Shown in pieces: positions 12,677 to 24,812 of a stretch of 64,000 nucleotides of DNA; the first letter of the stretch is position 1, and every line of letters starts with the position of its first letter. This stretch comes from Oikopleura dioica (taxonomy: Eukaryota > Animalia > Chordata). The DNA lies in assembly GCA_907165135.1 (NCBI GenBank), contig OU015569.1, forward strand, positions 10,602,001-10,666,000, read 5' to 3'. Position numbers and translations under genes: made by a program. Under the pieces are notes generated by a model. It did no database searches and was not told the origin of the DNA. It saw only the letters and a program-made list of their open reading frames with translations.

Positions 12677-15600
12677 ATGGAAAAGTATGAAGTCATATCG
12701 AAAATAGGCTCTGGTTCGTATGGGGAAGTGTCGCTCATTCAGGACAAGAAAACGTCGAAGAAATATGTGGTGAAGAAAGTGAGCTTGCTGGGCACGTGGA
12801 AAGAGAGAAAAGCGGCGATGCTGGAGGTGAAGTTGTTACAGACACTCAAGCATCCGAACATCGTCTCGTACCACGACTCGGTTCAGAGTCAAGACGGCCA
12901 CTTGCAAATTGTCATGGCCTACTGCGAAGGCGGCGATCTCTGCAGATATCTCAAAAAGCGAAAAGAGCCACTGGACGAGCAGCAACTTGTCGAATGGCTC
13001 GTGCAGACCTGCATGGCGCTACAGTACTTGCACAGCAAAAACATTCTTCACAGGCTCAGGTTCGAAAACGCCACTACTCCGATACTCCTTGTTGTCACCA
13101 AACTACCAAAACAACCGCAAATTACCAAAGAAAAAGAAACTGAAAGAGTGAAAATCATCAATTGGAAGGTCACTCTTTCTTAGTTTTTTAGGTGATAAGT
13201 TTGGTTCTCAATCGATGATCAAAAACCAAATTAGTTTATTGTGAAAAAATAGAAAAGAACGAACAGACAAATTCAAAAAGATCTAAAATAGTGAAATTTA
13301 GAACAGGAAAAAAACAAAACGGGAATGAAAAAATCGTGGCTACAGAAAAATACATATGAAATTAAATCTAAGACTACAGTAAGAAAAAATACGAGTGAAA
13401 AACATAAGCTAAAAAGTGACAGAGTGAGTAAATACAGAGAGATTAAATACAAAAAAAATATAAAATTTTCAATAAGGTAAACGAGAAGGAAAAAATCTGA
13501 AGAGCGCTTAGAAAGCGTGTTGAGTTTCCTCTTCAGTGTAGACAAGCTCCTCGTGGACAACTTTGGTGATGGCCAAGTCAGCTTCGCAGTCGCCGGCGAC
13601 TAGAATTGAATTTTAGATGGAGAAGTTTTGAGACTGAGAGTGGCTTACCGTTTTCCTTGTCCTCTTCGTTGTCTTCAGTTCGAGAGCGCTTGACGTTCTC
13701 CTCTGGGGCCTCGCTCTTTCGCTTTCGTCGGAGCTTGGTGGGGTCACTAAACAAAATGCTTTAGAATTTTTGAAGTCTAAGAGGAGATCTTACCAGACAG
13801 AGTATTTCGGCTTGTACTCGGTGACTTGAGCGCGAGCGGTCTTCATCTCTTGCCATTTCTTCTGTCGCTCGTTGACGTTTTGCTGCCATTTGGCGGGAAC
13901 AGCTGCGCCATCGAATTTTGGAACTTGGTCGACCTGGAGAATTTCGATAAATTTAAGGCCCACTATTTACACTCAGGTCGGTCCATGTTTTTTACCAAGA
14001 AATATCAAGTGAACCATCAACCGTGTGTTTATTTACAACAAAGAACCCTTTACTAACCTGCTTGTCCGTCGCGAAATCATAAAAGAAGGCGACAGGCTTC
14101 TCGATCGTCATGGTATTGGTAGTTGAGGAGTTCGTCTTGTCTGTACTGTCGAAAAGTGAATCTGAGCCCTTTTCTGAAAAATGGGCTCAGCTCGACAGAT
14201 CCTCATAAACATTCTAGAGAAAATTTTTCAACTCGAAAACAACTTTTGCCGGAGATCGCGCGGTTACCAGTTTTCGGCGGATAATTCGCATTTTAAGGCT
14301 TTTTGAACCTGCAAAAGAGATCTAAAAACTCAAAATATATTTCTGACATCTAGTGAAGTTATAAAACTTGGAGATTTGGGGATCGCAAGAGAATTAGGAG
14401 CGGTTTTTACACAAAAAAATGGCGATTTTGAGAGTTTCTCTCTCGAACGCGAAATTCTAGAAAAATTTGTTTGTTTTTCGGGATCAACGAAAATTTTCTC
14501 GTTTTTTCTCGCCTTTTTACCCCTTTTTCGAGTGTAAAAACCGAGTTTAGACTCTGCTACTGATCTTGCAACAACTGTAATTGGTACTCCCTACTACATG
14601 TCGCCGGAGCTGTTCAGTAGCAGGCCTTACGGGAAGGAATCCGACGTCTGGGCCCTTGGTTGTTGCACTTTTGAGATGATGACGCGCAGGCATGCATTCA
14701 ATGCGCGCGATTTGGACTCTTTAGCCATGAAAGTCTTGCACGGAAAAGCTCCTAAAATGCCACACACTTATTCAAAGCGACTAACAGACCTGGTTCTTCG
14801 AATGCTATCTTTTGAATCTGAACATAGGCCAACTGTATCGGAAATACTCCAGCAACGTTTCGTTAGGTAGAGTCCTTATTTCCAAGGAATTATCATAAAC
14901 TGATTTTCTGCTGAAATGTTCATCTTGGGAAAATAATTGTAATCATTTTTTATAAAACAAAGCTGATGTTTAGTGAAAAAGCTTACTTCAAAGCATGTCC
15001 GCAAAAGCTTTTTTTTCCGCATTTCGCATGGAAAATATTTTCCACTAGTCCATATCATAAGTAAAATGTGGCACAGACCCAGTCTAAATACGAAAAAATG
15101 ATGCTGGACCATGGAAAATATAACTCGATATATTTTATAATATGAACTCTTGTAGGGACAGGATCAAAATTTTCCTGGCGCGACAACGTCCTCACTCTGG
15201 AAAGTCTTCACGGAAATCTTCCTCTCGACCTTCATCTGGTAAAAGTCCAGTCTCTCAAGGATTGGATGTCTATATGTTTACACCAAGTAGATAGTTGCAA
15301 ACTCCTGAAACCTCCTTGGTTCCCGGACTTTTAGCATCATTTTCGTCATCTTTCATAGCTCCCGCACTAAGCCAACTTCACGAAAACGCTCCCCCTGCTC
15401 CTAAGACCGAGGAAAAGCCAGCAGAAACGGAATTTAACACGATGGAACCACAAATAGGAACAGTAGTCTTCCAGAACGAATCCGAACCGGTTAGACAAGC
15501 AAAACCGCCATCAGAGAAGGCGAAAAACGCCCAAATGAATCAGTTTATTTCTGATGTGGCACTCAACTACGCTATGCAAAATCCAAACTTGGCGGAGAAC

Positions 15601-16357
15601 AAAGAAACCTACATAGGAAGGGATGAAAATGCACTTTTAGATTGATTTCCAAGCCAAAAAGGCCGACCACGGCTATTTTCGAGAAAAAATCGCAGAAAAA
15701 CAAACAAATTGCCTCAAAAATTCTAGAATCAGCAGAAAATCTCTTCAAAGTCGCGAAAAATGTCGGAGTAGCTCCCCCATCACATCCAGTCGTGCAAAAC
15801 GTTAAAAACGAGCGAGTTCCGAACTCAAACAATTCTTCTCTAAACTCGACGTCAACTGCTCGCGATCGACGGCGAAAAGCGAGACTGGAGCAGATTGCAA
15901 AAGAGCGACGTGTCTCACTTGCCAAAGAGCAGTCCTCGATGGTCGATCTGATGACTTCCACGCTCAATCAGCTGCCTGAAGAGCTTAAAAGCCCTCGTTT
16001 GCCCGAGCCGAGTTTGCTTGCTGCAGATCGGACTCTCAACAGGTTTCGCAACGATTTCAAATCAACTGATACAAACGCCATCATTTTAGTGACTATCGAA
16101 GTGCGAATAGAATGGTTACTCTGCATAAAATGCTTGAGAGGGAGCTTGGAATATCCAATCTTGTCAAGGCTCTAAAAGCGGTATTTCTTCCTTGCAAAGA
16201 TCCTCTTTCTTAATCTTAATTCTAGGTGAGCAATCCGAATAAAGAAGAGATGTGGAACCAACTGAATAATCTTCTCCCGACCTGGAATCGTGACATTTGG
16301 GCGGCTCGAGTCTACACTCTTCATGTTCTCAGAGGCCTTGGTGATCATGCCTACTAA
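12677..16357 (+). CDS. NEK4: NIMA-related serine/threonine kinase (NEK4-like)
   Basis: IGSGSYGEV, LKHPNIVSY, IVMAYCEGGDL, HR|DLKTQNIFL, LGDLGIAREL|DSATDLATTVIGTPYYMSPELFS and KESDVWALGCC. The frame requires a GC-AG intron (13054-14317) and a GA-AG intron (14398-14550). Confidence 0.9.
13508..14111 (-). CDS. Nested 4-exon gene, 127-aa unknown protein, antisense within NEK4 intron 1
   Basis: Exons 14111-14058, 13933-13794, 13746-13649 and 13599-13508, all with canonical GT-AG introns, join to 384 nt of open frame: MTIEKPVAFFYDFATDKQVDQVPKFDG...KLRRKRKSEAPEENVKRSR...EEETQHAF*. Confidence 0.75.
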
Positions 16358-16556
16358 CTTTTATTCTACCTAACTTTCAAATGCAAATCCCTGTACATAA
16401 TTCACTTACCCAAACTTCCAGTAACTGATCTTCCTGCTACCTTCTTACTACCTTCGATAACCACCATTCCCTCTACAAATTATTTTTATATTTTAATCAT
16501 AGCTTCTACTTTTATATAAAAAAGAACTCTTCCTAAATCCTCTATCTCAAATAAGA

Positions 16557-17593
16557 ATGGAAGTGGTCAAGTGCTGGAAATGCGAGCTACCCTCTGAAAT
16601 AACAATCCAGGCGTCGGGCTTCTTTTGCTCCAGCTGCTTTGTCGAGTACTTCAGGCAGAAATATCGAAAGATCATCGGTTAGTAAATTCGATCTTAGCAG
16701 AATGAACGTAATTTTCTTTCCAGGTGCGTCAAAGCTTATACGAGACAGAGACCTGGTCGTGTTCGCTTTTGACGGAAGCGCGTCTGGCTGTGCAATGCTC
16801 AACGTTATTTCCACTTTCCAGCAGCACTTTGCCAAAGCTAACTCGGAGAATATGAATTATAAAAGGAAGAATCGCTACATCACGAAGGCTCTTCATATGA
16901 CGGATTCATGGTATATCAATATAATGGTATATTTACTCATCATTCTTCATTCATGCCTGAATCTTAAATGATTAAACAATAAAACTTTTTTTAGCAACGA
17001 AAGAGTTAAAACAGCATTAGAATCAAGTGGAATTGAGTATGTAGTTTTCTCTCCATCTGAAGAAATGAAAGAAAAATATGAGAAGCAATGCTTCAAGATC
17101 GAGAGATTCGGAGACGAGACGGAAAATGAATTCAACAAGAAAAGTCTCCAAATGGAGCTACTCGTGGACAAGGCGAAAGAAATGAATGCTCAGTTTCTCA
17201 TGCTCTCGTCGCATGTTGAAAGCCTAGCGGCGAAAACACTGAGCGTCGTGAGTCTTGGATTGGGAGAGGAGATACAAGCTACTGCTGGTCTTTGCCACAC
17301 TTACAATGGGCTCAGGATACTTGTAAGTTTTCGTTTTCTCTTCCTTGATTTCATCAGGCAAAATAAAGAAGCCGTTCCGAGAGATGACGAAGAAGGAAAT
17401 TGATTTCTATGTTAATGCCACCTGCGGAGAAGGTATTTTACCAGAAGAAAACAAAGAAGAAGAAGATCAATCAAGTATCAAAAGTATACAGTCCTTAGCG
17501 GCGAAGTTTTTGTCCGATTTGAATAGTCAAGGAAAGGACTCGAATCCAAGCGCAATCGTTAGACTTTCAAATAAACTGAAAATGAAAAGCTGA
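16557..17593 (+). CDS. CTU2: Cytoplasmic tRNA 2-thiolation protein 2
   Basis: MEVVKCWKC...FCSSCFVEYFRQKYRKIIG, a degenerate PP-loop (VVFAFDGSASG), LRIL|KPFREMTKKEIDFY and SIQSLAAKFL...AIVRLSNKL. Confidence 0.8.
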
Positions 17594-17626
17594 AAGGAGA
17601 GTTGCTAAATAATTGTTGATTTAAGA

Positions 17627-19174
17627 ATGAGATCGCGGAGTTCTTCGGTGACCACGAACAACTCGGGATCGGCTCTAACGAATGACGAAATCGGAATTTC
17701 TGAATCTTCTGGTGGCCTTGGCCTTTCTCGTCCACAAGAGTTGAAGCTTGCCATCGAGTGTCTCAAGAAACGCGTCGTCGAGGCCGAGAACATGCACCAA
17801 CTCGAGCAGAAAGCGTTGCTCATCGAGAAGCTAATCGAACTTCGCACTGAATTAGAAGATCTGACATCGGAAAAGTCCTCTGGAGTCCGAATAACGCGAA
17901 AGTTGGGGCACGAGTTTACGCATTTACCGAAATCGAGCGAGAACTATTGCGAACAGTGTCTTGGCGCGTGCTGGTCCTCGAAAAACGTGGCTAAATGCAA
18001 CTTCTGTGGCTTTTTCGCGCACGAAAAATGCTTACGTTCGATCTCGAAGCGCTGCCAAGGACAGGGCGGAAATTACGTCCTCGACATTTGCCCCGAGCGC
18101 GGCCTTCATCTTCAAAAGTACAGGTGTAAAGATTGTCGCTGCAAAATTGCCGTGAACCCGACAGAAGCGAAAAAGGGCACTGCAGAGGCGAGACTGTGCA
18201 GCTACAGCGGTTTCTACTTCTGCGCAGCGTGCCACTGGAACGACACTCGCGTTATTCCGGGGAGAATAGTGAAGAACTGGGATTTCGTGGAGTATCCCGT
18301 TGCACGGAGCTCGTTTCGCTATTTGAGGAGCGCCGAGAAACGCGTCTTGATAAACATCGAGAAGGAGAACGAGCAGTTGTACTCCTTCGTTGAGGAGCTG
18401 CAGCAGATTCGCAAACTTCGGGACGACATTCTCCGCATGAAAGTGTATCTTTCCTGCTGTTCGGACGCGACAGAAAAGCGCTTACTTCTGCGCCTCCAAG
18501 AGCGGCAACACTTCGTAGAGAGCGCAGACGACTTCACCGTCCAAGATCTTTGCGACATTTCCTCTGGGACGTTGATCGACACGCTGGCGGAGATTCACGC
18601 GGACTACGCATTCCACATCAAGCTCGATTGTCTCCGCTGCCAAGCAAAAGGTTCGTCTATTTACGATCGAAAGATCGCCGACCGTGAACTTGGCTATTTT
18701 ATTAATCAATTACGTTTTACGTCAAATTGACTTCATTTCCGCAAGAATTCAGTGCGCTTATAAGGTTAAAAGAAAGAGTATTGCCGGAGCGTATAAATCA
18801 TTGTTAAGGCTTCATTTGCGGCATTTGTAATAATGGAAATGAACTTTTCCCGTTTGACGCATTTGTTTCTAATTGTGGGAAATGCGGCGCCGTATATCAG
18901 TAAGAATCCAATGTAGAAGCTGGCTTTTTTAAAACCCTCTTTCCTAGCAAAGAATGTTTCAATCCGTTTTCTGCGAATGCAAAATGTCCCCGGTGTGAAC
19001 GACTCGCCAAGAAAGATCGCGAGAAAACGCCCTCCAAGCCGGCTCCTCCGCCCAACACTCGTGGCAATCCCTTTATTCGCGTCGACGATCATTTACCTAG
19101 GAAAAGGTCGCCAATTCTCTTCCTTGATTTCGGTTTCCCTATGTCACATAGGCTATGTGGCGACCTTGAAATAG
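17627..19174 (+). CDS. DEF8: DEF8 (C1 domain plus Rubicon-homology domain); last exon uncertain
   Basis: C1 domain [25 protein letters not shown], then [47 protein letters not shown], and spliced tail [21 protein letters not shown]|KECF...CPRCERL. Confidence 0.9.
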
Positions 19175-19380
19175 TACTGGCTCCCCGTCGTTTGCATAAA
19201 CATTTTCTTACAATTCATCAAAGTCCATTTTTCTCTTTCCTTATGATTTCTCGCCTACAGTTGCCTTATTTCTTCATCTTCAAGAGCAAAATTCGAATTC
19301 CGCTCGTTCATTCACATGCCTCTTTATTCTAATTGATCGTTTTTAGAACCTGAACTTGTAAATTGTTGACGGAATCCAAA

Positions 19381-20205
19381 ATGTCGGATTGGGAGTCGAG
19401 GCGAACTGTTTGGGTGGGGAATTTGGAACCAAGAGTTACCGAAGAGATCCTTTTCGAGCTTTTTCTTCAAAGTAAGGAACAAGTCTTATCTGACTGACTT
19501 CTAACGAGCATAATAAAATCTTCAGTTGGCCCATTGGAAGATGTTACAAAACCGAAAAACAAGAACTTTGCCTTCATTCTCTATACGCACAAAAGAAGCA
19601 CAGGGTACGCTGTGAGAGCCTTGAATAACATCTCCCTCTTTGGGCAAATGATACATGTAAAATTCCGCGAAAAGAAGCGCAACGACGAATCGAGAGGTAA
19701 AATTTCACCGTAATACTCCTTTCTATCGTGCATTTTTCTCTAGAGAGGATGGATCGACGATTAGGAGATCGAAGCCAAAGTCGAGGTCGAAAGGGAAACT
19801 TCCGCGATTACGACAGGCCACGTGATGACAGAGACGATAGACGAGGAAGAGATAGAGACCGAGGAAGAGATCGGGACTTTGACCAGCGGCGAGGCGACGA
19901 CAGACGACGACCAGAGTCGTACCACAATGATGATCGACAACGCGGCGGTAGGCAGGTGCACATGGGCGGAGATCCCTGGCAAGCGCGCGGAAGGTGAGCT
20001 ACTTTCCATTTTTACCCAAAAATAAACTCAAACTGAAAGAGAGCGGGGAGGAAACCAATGGCGCGGATACGACGAGGAATGGTCGAATCGGCACTTGGAT
20101 GAATTCCGGCCACCACCGCGGCGTGATATCGACAACCGTAGCCAGATGATGCCTTCCCGTTCTAAATCGGCATCGAACAGACGAGGGGATCCTGGATGGC
20201 GTTAA
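19381..20205 (+). CDS. RBM7: RRM protein RBM7/RBM11-like with an RD-rich tail
   Basis: RTVWVGNLEPRVTEEILFELFLQ|.GPL..V..KNFAFI.Y..GYAVRALNNISLFGQMI, followed by Arg/Asp-rich exons. Confidence 0.75.
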
Positions 20206-20340
20206 AAAGTTTTTTCACTGCCTTACTTCGCATTTGAAAATAAATAAAAAAAAAACATAGAAGACATTTACTGATATTCATTTGATACAACTTTTCAAAA
20301 ACATAAAGGCGATTGTTTGACTGTTTTTGATAGGCAGAGA

Positions 20341-22078
20341 TCAAGGGTCGATTATTATTTCTAGCCAGGCAGGGCACTCGGTCACTTCTTGGCGGCGGTA
20401 CTTGCGTCCCCAGCCTTTTATCAACGAGATGGTCAAACAACGAGCAGCTATTGGGACTGGGATACATGCGCCCGAGCAGACCTAGACATAGATACGTTTG
20501 AATGGGAGAAGTCCACGGGGATTTACCTTGAGAGGGCCCTCGCCAAAGTGACTCGAGTGGACAAAGATGGCACAATCGTTGTCGCGGTTGTAAATCCAAA
20601 TGTATTGTAGCGATTTCCACAACGTTAGTCCGCCGCTTACTGAATAATTCACGTTACTAACCGCGTAAAAAGTTCGACCAGATACAAAGCTTTTCTTTGG
20701 AATAGAAAAGCTTTGGAGCTGCGATCTAAGTTATGTTTTTTCTTGGCAAGGAGATCCGTCAACGCGGCGCCCTCCTTAGGTTGCAAAATCGACCCGTAAA
20801 TAACAGAAACAATAAAAATCGTCCTCGGTGGCGTCTGCCCTTGGCGCCACCACGTGAGATCCGGTGCCAGATAGATTTTCAAACTCTAACTTTCAATTTC
20901 GCTTTCAATTTGGAAAGTAGACGTTTCAAAGAGGATAGCATTTGTGTACTATACTTATAGAACGTATTCGAATATGTATCAAATAAAAATATAATTGCAG
21001 CGAATATTTGGGCACAAGGGCGATCTGGCGCCGACTTGTGGCGAATTTGAAACATTTTGGCGGTAACTTAAGTGAGCAACGGGGGCAGACTGGTTGGCGC
21101 CCTTGCAAAATGACCCCCCGATTCATATTCCCATGGTCCCCGAATCTGGCGCGATAGGAATAGGTCATTTTAGGGATTGGTTTCGTTTAGCGGTCGGGTT
21201 CCGCGGAGTCCCCGTGAATACAGCACGCATCGACATCAAAACTCGGAGCGCGCTCATTAATTTCTCTCCTTTCTGAACTTACTTTTCTCACGTGTGGATA
21301 ATTGCCTGCTTCCGGAGGGAAACTCGCCACACAAGCCATTTTCGTCCATTGAGTTCGCGAATAGATTGAAGTAGCGGCTATTTAATTATGAGTTGAATTA
21401 GATAAGAACGTGGATTGTTTGATTACCTTTCTAGTGTTACGGGTGGACCCACGCGTGTTTTCTCTTCCCAAAACATACATAGTCCCCATTGAGTCGTGTC
21501 CCCGCGTGGATCTTGGGGAAGAAAGTCTGATACTTCGAAGGGTGTGATTGGCGAAGGCAGTGGGGGCAAGCGCGTGCTACTCTCGTGGGGCGAGGAGTCG
21601 TCTTGATCTTCTTCATTGTAAGATAGTCGATAGTCTTTTGTTGGTTTATTTACGAGGATGAACTTGGAGAATATATTTTTACCTAGAGCGAAGTGGAAGG
21701 GATTGATGCAATTGAGGCAGTAGCACCAAGGAAGCTGGATCAGCGGCTGCTGATGCTTGATGTTCTCCCAGCGAAAGGCGCGAATTGCCAGTACACGCGC
21801 GGACTCGACCAAATCCGCATCACAATTATCTTGTTTATGCAAAATACAAGATGTTCGGTGTTCGCCACGTGAGGCAATCGCTATCCGCAAGTTTTCAATT
21901 TGCTCCTCTTCTAGGTTTTTCAATAACTCCTTAATTGACGTGCTCGTTAAACAAGTTCCCCGCAATTAAATAAAAACGAAAGTTTAATTAAGAAACACTT
22001 GATATTCCTTGTACTTACTTTTAGTGCGGGCTCTGGACCAGTTTTAATGGGGCTTATTGACTTTCGTCGTCGGTACAT
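20341..22078 (-). CDS. SMAD6/7: Inhibitory Smad (Smad6/7-like)
   Basis: MYRRRK start; divergent MH1 (ELLKNLEEEQIENLRIAIASRG..SC, FRWENIK, CINPFH); MH2 (WGLCMFWEEKTRVG, IWIYNR..IFV, ISLIKGWGRKYRRQEVTECPAWLEI*). There is no C-terminal SSxS, as expected for an I-Smad. Confidence 0.85.
21087..21101 (-). promoter_or_regulatory. BMP-responsive element (GGCGCC-N5-GTCT) in an intron of the inhibitory Smad
   Basis: AGAC TGGTT GGCGCC on + equals GGCGCC AACCA GTCT on -, the exact Smad1/5-Smad4 composite spacing. Three more GGCGCC sites lie in the same intron. Confidence 0.55.
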
Positions 22079-24179
22079 ATTCTCTTGTTGAAAACAATTA
22101 ATTGCTCAGAGCTCTTGCAAGCTCGAGGTCGAAACTTCGTCTGGATGGTCTTTTTTGGAATTGGATTTTTCTTTGAGATTTGAGGGAGGGCGCAGGTTAC
22201 CTCTACAATGAAAAAGACGAAGAAAGATCGGTGTTTCTGGCCCCCGCCGCCGCTGCCATTTGGCGAGACGAGCGGACGACACAACTCTCCAAAAATGAAC
22301 AAACTCAAGACGCACTACCAACTAACGGCTGGCTACCATCTCCACACTGATACAAATTCTAGCAGCTTTTGCTTTGAATCTTTTCAATACGACTCGGGTT
22401 GAAATACAGTTATTTTGTCGCGCTGCTTGCATGTTCCACCACGCGAAAAATTTTCATTCATCAAATTAACTAATTTTATAACCAAAAAAAAGAACAATTT
22501 GAAAAAGAGTCTTTCTAAAAGAGACATTCTCAAAAGACAGCTTTTGTTTTCCAATAAAATTTCCAAGAGCTGCAAAGGAAAAGATTAACAATTCTATTTT
22601 TTGTAACTTTTATTTAGTTTTTTTTTTGTTGGAGTTGAAGTTATAGAGCTTTAATTTATATAATATAATATTACTTTTTTATTCTTAGTTTAATTTTAAG
22701 TATTTTTTTTTCACCTGGAATATTATAACGAGGTGCCTTTGTTCGAGTTTATGATGACACCCCGCGCTATTGTTATGCCAACTGTTCAATTAAACGAGTT
22801 CTACAACTGGTGGATTATTGTCTATTATTACAATTGTAGTTTCATGTTAAACTATTCTGATTTCTAGCGTGTAGAAAATAATTGACTCTATAACACAATT
22901 GTCAATGACGAGCTATTTTTTTTTTTTTAATACGTATCATTCGGTACGCGGTTTAACAACTGCTCCGGTAACGAGAAATATACTCAGTAATTTGAAATGA
23001 TTTCCAATCTGTAATGATGATCACAGATGCGGCTCCAGCCGAACTGCCTGGCGGTGCGGCGCCGAGCACCAGGCGCCGTAACGTGACTCATTTTTTTTCT
23101 TGAAGAATTTCTGCTTCGCCGATTTGACGCCGACCAACTGGCAACCTGCAGCTCCTTCTTATTTGTGTTTGTTGAACGTGGCAATAAATTACCCCAAATG
23201 AGCATATGTATATTTAGCTCAACAGCTACGAGTAGACTTCAGACGAGTTCCAAATTTAGATGATCCCCGACAGGCTGTCGGCTATTTCAACCTTTTTTAA
23301 TGGTTGATTTATCGCAGAGCTACGTCATGATCTAGATTTATAGATCATTTCTCTCGTACGCTATGTACTACAGTGTCAAGATATTTAAATCTTCCCTGGG
23401 AGCTTCTTAAGGCTTCCACACCTGTTCAAGCTGCACCAGAAAACGCACGAGTCAACAGAGTCGTTTACTTAGTTTTACTTCTAAACTGCATAAAATGCAC
23501 GAAAGAGGTAGCGCGGATTATCTCCTTCTGAGGTCACTTATCATCGTTCCAGAGCTCAGCCGAGGATCAATCATCAATTTCCTAACACGTCTCGAGCTCA
23601 TAAAAGCCCCGTCTACTCATGCCTACTTTTTAATTGAAAGATTCGAATTTAAGAGACTAGAAAGGCTTTCCAGTAAAAAATATTACTCGGGTGAGATTAC
23701 AAATTGTAAGCGTAGTTGATTATTTCAGCAAATAAAAAAAAAACGAAATCACCAAAATTATTTCCGACGAAATTGATAAATTTTCAGCTAGATAATATTT
23801 GCAAGTATAATTTTGAAATGAAGAGTAGTAGCTAACAATAAACCAAATTGAAGAATGATTTCTATATCATATAGACTATATGTTTTGATTTGCTGAACGT
23901 TGTTAAATCTGAAAAGCCTGCTTACAGACATTTATAGCAGGACTTTTGAGGCGACTTTTTGATTGATAAAGCCGGCGCTTTAAGAAGAGCTTGATGGCCG
24001 TCCGACGACAAAAGGAATAGGTCCTCTGAGAGCGGCAGTTTGACTCTAAATGCGTCGCGCAGTCGCCACCACCACGCCAGCAAAGGACTCCCGGTGGACC
24101 TTGATAAGAGCTTCAGATCGGAGGCGACGTTTGATACGAATCGCCGCTCCTTTCTGGTAACCACTTTTCAAAGCACTTT

Positions 24180-24657
24180 ATGACCACTGCTGCCATTTTC
24201 AAATTCCAAAAAGACTTTAAAAAAAAAAGAAATCTTCCCAAATCAAAATTCAGCTTTCTGGGGAAGACACCGACATTTTAAATGCTGTTGGGACACTAGC
24301 AGAGTTACCAGACTTCGAGTTCTCCGGGCGACGCTGGCGACGAATCGTCGATGTCGGCGCGGCAAAAATGGACTCGGTCAAAAGCAAGCTCGACGGACAA
24401 ACGGTCTCCGTCTCATTTCAGCAAAAAATGACCATTGCCGACAAAAACGGCCATGATCGCGAGATCGTCTCCACCAGCAATAACACCTTCGACCTTCCAC
24501 CAAACGTAATGCTTATCTAACAACCGCATTTTCTATTACAAATCTACAAATTTAGACAATTTCCAACACTGTAAAGGCCTCCCTTGCCCCTGGAAAAGTG
24601 ACTGTAACTGGCGAAGTCTCTCAATTCAAATCAGAAATCACCTTCGTGCCCAAGTAA
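24180..24657 (+). CDS. Small heat-shock / alpha-crystallin-domain-like protein (3 exons; absent from the ORF track)
   Basis: Exon chain MTTAAIFKFQK|LSGED...WRRIVDVGAAKMDSVKSKLDGQTVSV...GHDREIVSTSNNTFDLPPN|TISNTVKASLAPGKVTV..* fits an HSP20 fold pattern. Intron 1 is GA-AG (24213-24253). Confidence 0.55.
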
Positions 24658-24812
24658 TAAAGTATAACAGAGAATACTATTGAACTCGTGGTTTTTAATT
24701 GAGGTTTTGTATCAAGTGTAAACACCGTTCGGTGTCGGATTTATTTCCTCACAACGGTGCTCAGCAGGAAGGGTGTTTTTGTATATGCACATAAATAGTA
24801 TGTTTCGTCTTA

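Noticed and set aside
14869-15157. TIR remnant at the ends of NEK4 intron 3 (AGAGTCCTTATT versus AGAGTTCATATT)
   Set aside because: Only 10/12 match in AT-rich sequence, with no clear TSD and a canonical GT-AG. Could be chance.
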